Assembly: GCA_002437945.1 (NCBI GenBank)
Contig: DJSB01000033.1
Coordinates: forward strand, 16,796 to 80,795
Direction: 5' to 3'
DNA: 64,000 bases
Source of the DNA: Christensenella sp. UBA6345
GTDB taxonomy: Bacteria > Bacillota > Clostridia > Christensenellales > UBA1242
In this document: one piece after another, positions 50,553-57,978 of the stretch
How positions within the stretch are numbered: position 1 is the stretch's first letter
How the letters are laid out: every line of letters starts with the position of its first letter
The notes under the pieces: generated by a model
Told to the model about the DNA's origin: nothing
Databases searched by the model: none
What the model saw: the letters and a program-made list of their open reading frames with translations, nothing else
Position numbers and translations under genes: made by a program

Positions 50553-51284
50553 ATGTGGGAACTATATTGGGAATATTATGTAATGGGTATAATACTTTTA
50601 CCTGCAATTTTACTAGCACTTTACGCACAAATTAAAGTATCTACCACTTATTCAAAATATTCATCAGAATTAAGTAAAAAAGGTATGAAATCAAAAGACT
50701 TGGCACGATTACTTTTAGATTGTGCCGATTTACAAGATGTACAAGTTATTAAAGTAAATGGTCAACTTACTGATTATTATGACCACAAACACAGAACAGT
50801 AGCATTAAGTTCAAGCAGTTATGATAGTAGTTCGATATCTGCACTGGGTGTTACAGCCCATGAAGTAGGTCATGCTCTTCAATACAAAAACAATTATTTA
50901 CCTATTAAAATACGTTCGGTAATAATACCTATAGTTAACATATGGTCAAAATTACTATGGCCACTAGTACTTTTAGGTATCATATTAAACTTCGCAGTAT
51001 TGCCTACAAGCGTTGCTGGTAAAGTATTAATGTGGATAGGTATAGGATTCTTTGGATTAATCGCATTGCTAGATGCAATAACACTTCCAGTAGAATACAA
51101 TGCTAGTAATAGAGCATTAAAAATATTAGAGCAATCTGAAATTCTAGACAAAGAAGAAACTGAAAAGGCAAAAAAAGTATTAATGGCTGCTGCCCTAACC
51201 TATGTGGCAAGTTTGGTCAATAGTTTACTTAACTTATTAAGATTTATTCTAGTATTTGCTATGCATTCGAAAAAAAGAGATTAA
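50553..51284 (+). CDS. Membrane zinc metallopeptidase (PF04298-like, HExxH), paralog 2
   Basis: GVTAHEVGHALQ, LPVEYNASNRA, and the same architecture as 49819-50547. Confidence 0.75.
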   Translation: MWELYWEYYVMGIILLPAILLALYAQIKVSTTYSKYSSELSKKGMKSKDLARLLLDCADLQDVQVIKVNGQLTDYYDHKHRTVALSSSSYDSSSISALGVTAHEVGHALQYKNNYLPIKIRSVIIPIVNIWSKLLWPLVLLGIILNFAVLPTSVAGKVLMWIGIGFFGLIALLDAITLPVEYNASNRALKILEQSEILDKEETEKAKKVLMAAALTYVASLVNSLLNLLRFILVFAMHSKKRD

Positions 51285-51328
51285 TAAAAAAACACATTAA
51301 GCATAAACAACTTAATGTGTTTTTTTAT
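51285..51328 (+). terminator. Terminator after the peptidase pair
   Basis: AACACATTAAG...CTTAATGTGTT followed by T7. Confidence 0.8.
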
Positions 51329-51421
51329 TTTCTTATTATAAGAATATTTTTTACTATTATTAATGCAATCATCTAAAATATTTTTAATTAACTATAGTAT
51401 CTAAATTATTAACCCGATAAT

Positions 51422-51754
51422 TTATTCTTTATCTTCAAGCATAGCGGTAGAACAATAGGCTTTTGTACTATTACGTTGAACAGTAATGCCATTGGCACAA
51501 CAATTGCCATCTTCATTAAACAAACAATGTCGTGCATTACAATTAATATCAACATCTTGATTATGTCTAAATGCATGATATTCAGGAGCAATCTCAAACA
51601 TAGTACGACTAACATTTTGACGTTGTTCACTGCTTAAATTATTGTTTTTTTCATATGTTGCACAATTAAGATTATGTTTAATATCTATTCCCTTTGCTTC
51701 ACAACTAAATTTGTTGTTATGCACACAATCCAGTTTTTTACATTTTAAATCCAT
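51422..51754 (-). CDS. DUF1540 domain protein (two Cys-rich repeats)
   Basis: CKKLDCVHNNKFSCEAKGI and CNARHCLFNEDGNCCANGI are repeats typical of DUF1540, a family common in spore formers. Confidence 0.65.
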   Translation of the reverse strand: MDLKCKKLDCVHNNKFSCEAKGIDIKHNLNCATYEKNNNLSSEQRQNVSRTMFEIAPEYHAFRHNQDVDINCNARHCLFNEDGNCCANGITVQRNSTKAYCSTAMLEDKE

Positions 51755-51874
51755 ATATATCTCCTTTGTTTTCTTATAGTATCTGTAAAAATATTAAATT
51801 TAAAACATAATAAATTGACAAAATATGTTATTTCATTTAAACTTTTTATATAAATAAAATAAAAGGAAGTTATT

Positions 51875-52315
51875 ATGAAAGTTATTTTATTAAAAGATGT
51901 AAAAGGTACTGGTAAAAAAGGTGAAGTTGTTAATGTAGCAGACGGATATGGTAGCAATTATCTTATCCCTAACAAATTAGCAAAAGTTGCCAATGCAACC
52001 AATCTTAACCTTGCCACACAAGAAAAAGCAAGCGAACAACACAAACAAGAACTTATGTTACAAGCAGCAAAAGATTTAAAAGAAAAAATAAATAATCTAG
52101 ATGTCGTACTTAATATCAAATGCGGAGAAAATGGTAAAACTTTTGGAAGTATCTCCAATAAAGAAATTGCTGAAAAATTATCTAGCATGGGATATGATAT
52201 AGATAAGAAAAAGATTGAATTTAATCCAGTTAAATCTATCGGATTATTTGATGTAAAAGTAAAACTACACCCAAGTGTTGTGGCTACAATCAAATTAGAA
52301 ATAAAACCACTATAA
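51875..52315 (+). CDS. rplI: 50S ribosomal protein L9
   Basis: [36 protein letters not shown]. Confidence 0.95.
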   Translation: MKVILLKDVKGTGKKGEVVNVADGYGSNYLIPNKLAKVANATNLNLATQEKASEQHKQELMLQAAKDLKEKINNLDVVLNIKCGENGKTFGSISNKEIAEKLSSMGYDIDKKKIEFNPVKSIGLFDVKVKLHPSVVATIKLEIKPL

Positions 52316-52332
52316 AACATAATTAGTTAGTT

Positions 52333-52363
52333 AAAAAATCTCCAATTTTTGGAGATTTTTTTT
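52333..52363 (+). terminator. rplI terminator
   Basis: AAAAAATCTCCAATTTTTGGAGATTTTTTTT. Confidence 0.85.
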
Positions 52364-52465
52364 ATGCAAATATAATAAGTACTTATATTTTATTTATAGA
52401 TTAAATAATAAAGTAATGATTAAAACTATACATAAACTATGTGATGTTGATTTACTTACAATGCT

Positions 52466-52590
52466 CATAAATCAAATTGCTATCAAAATTCCACGATAAA
52501 TCGTGGCATCACAGTTTGAATAAACATCAGTTATACGAAAATATTGCTTCGCACTGCTTTCGTCTAACTTCCGATAATATAAATATAATG
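52466..52590 (+). ncRNA. Second-locus copy of the beta hairpin plus alpha hairpin module family seen at 13.4-14.0 kb
   Basis: ~70 nt are nearly identical to the reverse complement of 13612-13672, including the CCACGA-loop-TCGTGG hairpin at 52491-52506. An alpha hairpin at 52525-52571 follows, with the same architecture. A terminator lies ~80 nt downstream on the + strand. Confidence 0.55.
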
Positions 52591-52651
52591 CAAAAACACA
52601 CTCCATATTGTATTAACTTAATTGCTTTTATACTAAAATATATACAACAAC

Positions 52652-52682
52652 AAAAAAAGACATGCATTTGCACGTCTTTTTT
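52652..52682. terminator. Bidirectional terminator (rplL on the minus strand; candidate ncRNA on the plus strand)
   Basis: AAAAAAAGACATGCATTTGCACGTCTTTTTT. Confidence 0.8.
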
Positions 52683-52712
52683 AATCACACATTATATCCC
52701 GAATAGTTTAAA

Positions 52713-53084
52713 TTACTTAAGTTCTACAGTAGCGCCAGCTTCTTTAAGTTTAGCTTCCATAGCTTTAGCTTCTTCAGCAGGAACGTTTTCTTTAATTGTA
52801 GAAGGAGCACCATCTACAAGTGCTTTTGCTTCGCCAAGACCAAGACCAGTAAGATCTTTAACAGCCTTAATAACTCCAAGTTTAGCAGCACCAGCATCTT
52901 TTAATACAACTGTGAATTCGGTTTTTTCTTCAGCAGCAGCGGCAGCAGCACCAGCAGCAGGGCCAGCAACCATTTGAGCAGCAGCACTAACGCCAAATTC
53001 TTCTTCTAATTTTTTAACTAATTCGCTAACTTCCATAACAGTTAACTTTTTGATTTCTTCAACTAAATTTTCTAAATTTGCCAT
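52713..53084 (-). CDS. rplL: 50S ribosomal protein L7/L12
   Basis: [32 protein letters not shown], an Ala-rich hinge, and [10 protein letters not shown] at the end. Confidence 0.95.
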   Translation of the reverse strand: MANLENLVEEIKKLTVMEVSELVKKLEEEFGVSAAAQMVAGPAAGAAAAAAEEKTEFTVVLKDAGAAKLGVIKAVKDLTGLGLGEAKALVDGAPSTIKENVPAEEAKAMEAKLKEAGATVELK

Positions 53085-53121
53085 TTTAATTTTCCTCCAA
53101 TAATTATTAAATTAAACTAAA

Positions 53122-53607
53122 TTAATTTCCTTTCTTTGCGATTTCATTTAAAGCACGTGCAAGACTTGATACAGGTCCTTGTAAAACACCAAGTAACATA
53201 GCCACCAAAACTTCTTTTGTAGGAATTTTTGAAAGTGCTTCAATTTCTTGTTTAGATGCTAACTTACCGTTAACATAACCAAACTTAACGTCCATCTTCT
53301 TAATGTCAGAAATTGTGTTACAAATAACTTTTGCAGCAGAAACTTCGTCATTAGCAAAAGCAACACTTGTAGTACCTTCTAACATTGTTGGGTCGAAATC
53401 AGTTATACCACATTCATTAAGTGCTCTAACTAATAGACGGTTTTTGTATACTTTGTATGTTACACCAGTTTCAGTGCATTGTTTACGAAGTTTAGTATCT
53501 TCAGCAACATTAATACCTTTGTAGTCTACAAAAACAATACTAGTAGCATTATGAATGTTATTTTTGATTTCTTCTACTAATTGCTTTTTTACTTCTATAG
53601 CCTTCAT
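53122..53607 (-). CDS. rplJ: 50S ribosomal protein L10
   Basis: KKQLVEEIKNNIHNATSIVFVDYKGINVAEDTKLRKQ, and position upstream of rplL. Confidence 0.95.
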   Translation of the reverse strand: MKAIEVKKQLVEEIKNNIHNATSIVFVDYKGINVAEDTKLRKQCTETGVTYKVYKNRLLVRALNECGITDFDPTMLEGTTSVAFANDEVSAAKVICNTISDIKKMDVKFGYVNGKLASKQEIEALSKIPTKEVLVAMLLGVLQGPVSSLARALNEIAKKGN

Positions 53608-53824
53608 TAAAAATCCTCCTTTAAACTTTTCGTGTTTGTTTTATAAAAACTTTATTTTTTCGACTAATATGTCGAATAATGTGTGAGGATTTAAAAAAAC
53701 TCTTTCGCCACATAGAGTAAACGAAAGAGTTTTGAATATACATATAAAAAACTATTTGTTTACCTCGGCAAGATTTACTTTATACTTGCTGTCTTTGGCA
53801 AGACTTCTTTTAAAAACCGATAGT
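53608..53824 (-). promoter_or_regulatory. rplJ 5' leader with an internal intrinsic terminator (L10-leader-type attenuator)
   Basis: The leader contains a CUUGCcaaagacaGCAAG hairpin. It also has a strong stem, AAACTCTTTCG...CGAAAGAGTTT plus T7, at 53693-53733, upstream of the RBS. Firmicutes L10 leaders are known to act by attenuation. Assignment to the Rfam L10 leader has not been verified. Confidence 0.55.
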
Positions 53825-53853
53825 AGTATATATTATTTTGTATACAATGTCAA
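53825..53853 (-). promoter_or_regulatory. rplJL promoter TTGACA-17 nt-TATACT
   Basis: The minus strand reads TTGACAttgtatacaaaataataTATACT. Confidence 0.65.
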
Positions 53854-53931
53854 CAATTATTTTCTAAAAATTGCCTAAATAATTTACCAATATAATATAT
53901 TATGTTACACTTAACTATAGGAAGTTTAATT

Positions 53932-54597
53932 ATGGTTAAAAGGGTTATAGCAGGATTATTTATTTTAATATGTTCAGTCGCTTTAACGTGTGGTTGTGAT
54001 GACAACAAAAACAAAAAACAACTCGCATCAATTGATGATTCTGTGGGTAATTTAACCATTTTTTCTTTAACACAATCTAATAAAGATACTCTGCCCTTGC
54101 TATTGAATCTAGGACATAGTTTCATAACTATAGAGAACACTTCTTCCGATAATATGACAATAGGCAACTACGAACTTACACCTAATGAAACTATATGTAT
54201 AGGAACATGGAGTATATCCAATCATTTTGGTGTATGGTACAATGTAGAGTCCAATTATAATAGCAAATATAATCGTTATGATGGTAGAATCTCACTTACA
54301 AAAGAAATCTCTAGTAATGACATAACCACTATTACTACCTTTATTGCAAAACATAACTACTGGAATCCATTTAGAAATTGTTCATATTTTGCATTAAATC
54401 TGTGGAATTCAGTGGCAGATAGCAATGAAAAACTTAAAAAACCAATTATTTACTCTCCTACCCATGTTACACAAGAAATTAAAAAGTTTAACAATTATGA
54501 ATATAACAGACCGCTGCCTACAAATAGCAATATGGGATATTATTCTAACGCAAAATTTGTAAGTTTTAATATGAAAGGAGAAGATAAGTATGTTTAG
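53932..54597 (+). CDS. Putative lipoprotein with a permuted papain-like (His-first, NC..F) motif pair
   Basis: Signal peptide MVKRVIAGLFILICSVALTCGC. It has LGHSFITIEN and a later YWNPFRNCSYFALNLWN, arranged as in PPPDE/LRAT-type permuted NlpC/P60 enzymes. The start is set at ATG 53932 (AGGAA RBS). Confidence 0.45.
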   Translation: MVKRVIAGLFILICSVALTCGCDDNKNKKQLASIDDSVGNLTIFSLTQSNKDTLPLLLNLGHSFITIENTSSDNMTIGNYELTPNETICIGTWSISNHFGVWYNVESNYNSKYNRYDGRISLTKEISSNDITTITTFIAKHNYWNPFRNCSYFALNLWNSVADSNEKLKKPIIYSPTHVTQEIKKFNNYEYNRPLPTNSNMGYYSNAKFVSFNMKGEDKYV

Positions 54598-54820
54598 AAA
54601 AATAACATTTATAATTCTCTTAATTATTGACATATACCTTATTTATAGTGCAATAGGTTATGCTATTATGGGCAATAATTGTCCAGAAATAGTTGGTGAA
54701 CAAAAATCAATATTTATGGGTAATTATATTATGAGTATAATATTTGGGAGTATAGGAATAATGCTCACAATTGTACTTATAATTTTGGGAATAAAAACGT
54801 ATAAAAAGAAAAAACAATAG
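54590..54820 (+). CDS. Small two-TM membrane protein (76 aa), translationally coupled to the preceding gene
   Basis: Its start overlaps the upstream stop by 8 nt. It has two hydrophobic helices and a KKKKQ tail. Confidence 0.55.
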   Translation: MFRKITFIILLIIDIYLIYSAIGYAIMGNNCPEIVGEQKSIFMGNYIMSIIFGSIGIMLTIVLIILGIKTYKKKKQ

Positions 54821-54848
54821 ATGGTCGTATAACCATCTATTATTTTTT
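54817..54848 (+). terminator. Terminator of the 53932-54820 gene pair
   Basis: ATAGATGGT cgtata ACCATCTAT followed by a T-run. Confidence 0.8.
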
Positions 54849-55004
54849 ATGATTTATTATTAATCAAATACATTATTACGAATAAAAATATATGGTAAAT
54901 CACTAATATATAGCAATTTAAGCCCCAAATTGGCCATATAACGTCATATTTAACTTTAATCTATAACTTATATTAGTAAAACATATAATGACGTAAAATA
55001 ACCC

Positions 55005-55159
55005 TAATTTTTAGATGCAATCACTCGGAAACAAGCACAACGTTAGTTGTATTTGTGTAGAAGTGATTAGCATCGCAATTTACGTGATTTCGTGCTTACA
55101 CTTAAGCACGTTGTCCAAATCCCTTTGGACAACAAAAAAAAGAGCATACTGCTCTTTTT
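55005..55159 (+). ncRNA. Candidate structured sRNA, tandem copy 1 (P1-P4 plus intrinsic terminator)
   Basis: P1 pairs 55014-55025 with 55062-55074. P2 is a hairpin at 55031-55056, P3 at 55091-55110 and P4 at 55111-55132. The terminator is AGAGCAtacTGCTCT plus T5, ending at 55159. Confidence 0.55.
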
Positions 55160-55220
55160 ATATACTTTACTACTCGTACAGGCTTACATAATATTGGCTT
55201 ATTATATCAACCGCGACCAT

Positions 55221-55374
55221 TAATTTAGATGCAATCACTTGGAAACAAGCACAACGCTAGTTGTATTTGTGTAGAAGTGATTAGCATCGCAATTTACGTG
55301 ATTTTGTGCTTACACTTAAGCACGTTGTCCAAACACCTTTGGACAACAAAAAAAGAGCAATATGCTCTTTTTTT
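55221..55374 (+). ncRNA. Candidate structured sRNA, tandem copy 2
   Basis: Same architecture as copy 1. All substitutions fall in loops or junctions, or convert C-G to U-G, which is valid only for a + strand RNA. Its terminator doubles as the rplA terminator on the minus strand. Confidence 0.55.
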
Positions 55375-55386
55375 AAATCACGTAAA

Positions 55387-56070
55387 TTACATTACCTTAT
55401 AATCAACTTTGATTCCAGGTCCCATAGTAGAACTTACTGAAACTGACTTGATATATTGACCTTTAGCGGCTTGTGGTTTAGCCTTAACGATGGCGTCCAT
55501 AAGTGTGTTAAAGTTTTCAAGTAATTTTTGAGTACCAAAACTCTTTTTACCAATCATAACGTGTACAATGTTAGACTTATCTAGTCTATATTCAACTTTA
55601 CCAGCCTTAACATCAGCAATAGCCTTTGTTACGTCTGTAGTTACTGTACCACTCTTTGGGTTAGGCATTAAGCCCTTTGGTCCTAAAACTTTTGCTATTC
55701 TACCAATAACTGGCATCATATCTGGAGTTGTGATACATACGTCAAAATCCAACCAACCTTGTTGAATTTTAGCGATCATTTCTTCTGCTCCAACATAGTC
55801 TGCACCTGCTTTAGTAGCAGCATCTGCATGGTCACCTTTAGCGATAACCAATACTTTAACACTTCTACCAGTACCGTTAGGAAGAACAACTGTTCCTCTA
55901 ACTTGTTGGTCTGCGTTACGTCCATCAACACCAAGTTTGATGTGAAGTTCAACGGTTTCGTCAAACTTTGCGCTTGCTGTTTTTTCACACAAATCTAATG
56001 CTTCTTGTGGAGTATATAGAGTTGTACGATTAACAAGTTTAGCACTTTCTAAATATCTTTTACCTTTCAT
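55387..56070 (-). CDS. rplA: 50S ribosomal protein L1
   Basis: [27 protein letters not shown]...[14 protein letters not shown]. Confidence 0.95.
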   Translation of the reverse strand: MKGKRYLESAKLVNRTTLYTPQEALDLCEKTASAKFDETVELHIKLGVDGRNADQQVRGTVVLPNGTGRSVKVLVIAKGDHADAATKAGADYVGAEEMIAKIQQGWLDFDVCITTPDMMPVIGRIAKVLGPKGLMPNPKSGTVTTDVTKAIADVKAGKVEYRLDKSNIVHVMIGKKSFGTQKLLENFNTLMDAIVKAKPQAAKGQYIKSVSVSSTMGPGIKVDYKVM

Positions 56071-56081
56071 AATTTCCTCCT

Positions 56082-56125
56082 TGTGGTTATACCGAATAAA
56101 TTAAAAATTTTTTACTCTCCCACTT
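56082..56125 (-). promoter_or_regulatory. L1-binding-site-like element between rplK and rplA
   Basis: The minus strand reads aaGUGGGAGAgu...auaaCCACaaggagg, a GUGG/CCAC closing helix with a GGGAGA asymmetric segment. It has the same design as the element upstream of rplK. Confidence 0.4.
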
Positions 56126-56558
56126 ATTCAATAACGGTTACGCCCATACTTCTGCAAGTACCTTCAATCATGCTCATAGCACTTTCAATAGTTTTTGCAT
56201 TTAAGTCAGGCATTTTTAATGTAGCAATTTCTTTAATTTGTGCTTTAGTAATAGATGCAACTTTATTCTTAATAGAGTTAGCAGAACCGCTTTCAATTCC
56301 GCAAGCCTTTTTAATAAGAACTGCTGCAGGTGGTGTCTTTAACACAAAACTAAAAGATCTATCAGCGTAAATAGTAATTACAACTGGAATAACATAACCT
56401 ACTTGGTTGGCTGTCTTTTCGTTAAATTCTTTAGTGAATGCTGCGATATTAATACCGTGTGGTCCTAAAGAAGATCCAACTGGTGGGCCACTTGTAGCCT
56501 TACCTGCTTGTAATTGCAATTTAACAACTGCATTAACTTTTTTATTTGCTGCTGTCAT
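56124..56558 (-). CDS. rplK: 50S ribosomal protein L11
   Basis: [38 protein letters not shown]. The start is at ATG 56558, behind a GGAGG RBS; the ORF-track start at 56606 is too long. Confidence 0.95.
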   Translation of the reverse strand: MTAANKKVNAVVKLQLQAGKATSGPPVGSSLGPHGINIAAFTKEFNEKTANQVGYVIPVVITIYADRSFSFVLKTPPAAVLIKKACGIESGSANSIKNKVASITKAQIKEIATLKMPDLNAKTIESAMSMIEGTCRSMGVTVIE

Positions 56559-56584
56559 ATTTTCCTCCTGCCATATCTGGCCTA

Positions 56585-56632
56585 TGTGGTTATTAACAAA
56601 ACGCATAACAAAAATTTACGTTTCTCCCACTA
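56585..56632 (-). promoter_or_regulatory. L1-binding-site-like leader element upstream of rplK
   Basis: The minus strand reads uaGUGGGAGAaacguaaauuuuuguuaugcguuuuguuaauaaCCACa, with an internal AACG...CGUU hairpin. Confidence 0.4.
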
Positions 56633-56670
56633 TATTTTAAATAAGTAATTAACTTATAAAAAATCAAAAA

Positions 56671-57378
56671 TTAATCAACTAATTTTTTAACTTGGTCTAG
56701 TCCCAAATCAACTGGGGTTTCTCTACCAAACATTTCTACGATAACACGACACTTATTGGCTTGATTATCAATACCTACTACAGTACCAACAAAGCCGTTA
56801 AGTGGTCCATCTAGAACTTCTACCTTATCATTCTCACGTAGGTCTGTATTAACCATAACAACTTTTTCAAGATGCATTTTTAATGTCTCTTCATCAGTTA
56901 ATGGTAATGGACGACCTTTTGGTCCAACGAAACCAGTAATACCCCTTGTACGGGTAACTGCATGCCATATATCATCGCCATATATCATCTTAACATATAC
57001 ATAGCCTGGCATTAGTCTTCTAGATACAACTTTACGTTTACCATTTTTTTCTTCAACAACATCTTCCATAGGGATAACAATGTCAAAGATACGTTCCTGT
57101 AAATTGTATTTATCAATAACAATTTCCAAGTTTTCTTTGGCTACGTTTTCATAGCCAGAGAATGTGTGCAAAACATACCATTTTGCTTCTTTTCTAGCAT
57201 TTTCAATTCTAATCTGTTCTTCAGAAAGTTCTTGTGGTTGGGTTGGGTTGTTTGTTAATTGTGTATCAGAATCTACAGTATTAGATTCTTCAACTGGCAT
57301 AGTGTCTGGAGTATTTTCAACTTCCATAGTTTCTACATTTTCAGTATCAACTTCGGTTAAGTCTTTTTCGTCTTCCAT
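56671..57378 (-). CDS. nusG: Transcription termination/antitermination factor NusG with a ~60-aa acidic N-terminal extension
   Basis: KWYVLHTFSGYENVAKENLE NGN domain and a KOW domain (GFVGTVVGIDNQANKCRVIVEMFGRETPV). Confidence 0.9.
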   Translation of the reverse strand: MEDEKDLTEVDTENVETMEVENTPDTMPVEESNTVDSDTQLTNNPTQPQELSEEQIRIENARKEAKWYVLHTFSGYENVAKENLEIVIDKYNLQERIFDIVIPMEDVVEEKNGKRKVVSRRLMPGYVYVKMIYGDDIWHAVTRTRGITGFVGPKGRPLPLTDEETLKMHLEKVVMVNTDLRENDKVEVLDGPLNGFVGTVVGIDNQANKCRVIVEMFGRETPVDLGLDQVKKLVD

Positions 57379-57382
57379 ACTA

Positions 57383-57688
57383 CTAACCTGGGATTAGATT
57401 ATATAGCATTGATAATAATTTATCAATACCAAACAAAACTAAAGTACAAACAACAACCACTGTTATAACTATACCTGTATTTTTACATACAGTACCGAAA
57501 CTAGGCCAACTTACTTTCTTTAATTCTGACCAAGTTTCTTTAGTCTTTGTAACTACCGGATTAGGACCTTTCGATTTCTTTTTAGAATTCTTTTTTGCTG
57601 GTTTAGAAGGTTTAACGTCTTTAGAGTTTTTAGGCTCGTCAGGGGTAACTACTTCTACCTCAACATTTTCATTTTCTTTATTTGCCAT
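57383..57688 (-). CDS. secE: Preprotein translocase subunit SecE with a lysine-rich N-terminal extension
   Basis: ETWSELKKVSWPSFGTVCKNTGIVITVVVVCTLVLFGIDK, and position between rpmG and nusG. Confidence 0.85.
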   Translation of the reverse strand: MANKENENVEVEVVTPDEPKNSKDVKPSKPAKKNSKKKSKGPNPVVTKTKETWSELKKVSWPSFGTVCKNTGIVITVVVVCTLVLFGIDKLLSMLYNLIPG

Positions 57689-57706
57689 ATTTGTTCCTCT
57701 CTAAAA

Positions 57707-57856
57707 ACTATTTTGTTTCTTTATGAAGAGTTGTCTTTTTACAGAATTTGCAATATTTTTTGAATTCGATTCTGTTAGGGTCATTCTTTTTATTCTTTTG
57801 TGTTGCATAATTACGATTTTTGCATTCTGTACATTCAAGTATAATATTTTCTCTCA
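57707..57856 (-). CDS. rpmG: 50S ribosomal protein L33 (zinc type)
   Basis: Hand-translated and absent from the ORF track: [57 protein letters not shown]. Confidence 0.9.
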
Positions 57857-57884
57857 TTGTTGGCCTCCAACTAATAATTTACGC

Positions 57885-57910
57885 TTAAAAAAATAGAGCG
57901 GAATGCTCTA
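57885..57910 (-). terminator. Intrinsic terminator 29 nt upstream of rpmG (ABC-operon terminator and/or leader attenuator)
   Basis: On the minus strand, ATAGAGCattccGCTCTAT is followed by T7. Confidence 0.65.
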
Positions 57911-57929
57911 TTTAATTATTAACTACAAG

Positions 57930-57958
57930 TATTATAATATATTAGATTAATATTTGCA
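57930..57958 (-). promoter_or_regulatory. Candidate promoter TTGCAA-17 nt-TATAAT upstream of the terminator and rpmG
   Basis: The minus strand reads TTGCAAatattaatctaatatatTATAAT. Confidence 0.5.
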
Positions 57959-57978
57959 AGTACTTTTGTTAAATTTAA

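Noticed and set aside
52477-52977. 166-aa + strand ORF
   Set aside because: Its C-terminal Ala/Ser/Pro-rich half is simply the antisense of the rplL Ala-rich hinge. Its N-terminal half covers the RNA module and a terminator. It has no RBS.
53850-54167. 105-aa minus-strand ORF
   Set aside because: It is antisense to the better-supported lipoprotein gene (signal peptide, RBS), and its start sits on the rplJ promoter.
53854-55386. Mobile element or genomic island between rplA and rplJ
   Set aside because: There is no transposase, integrase or recombinase, and no clear terminal inverted repeats or target-site duplication bounding the whole insert. Only the local 14-bp inverted repeat near rplA was seen, and it is reported separately.
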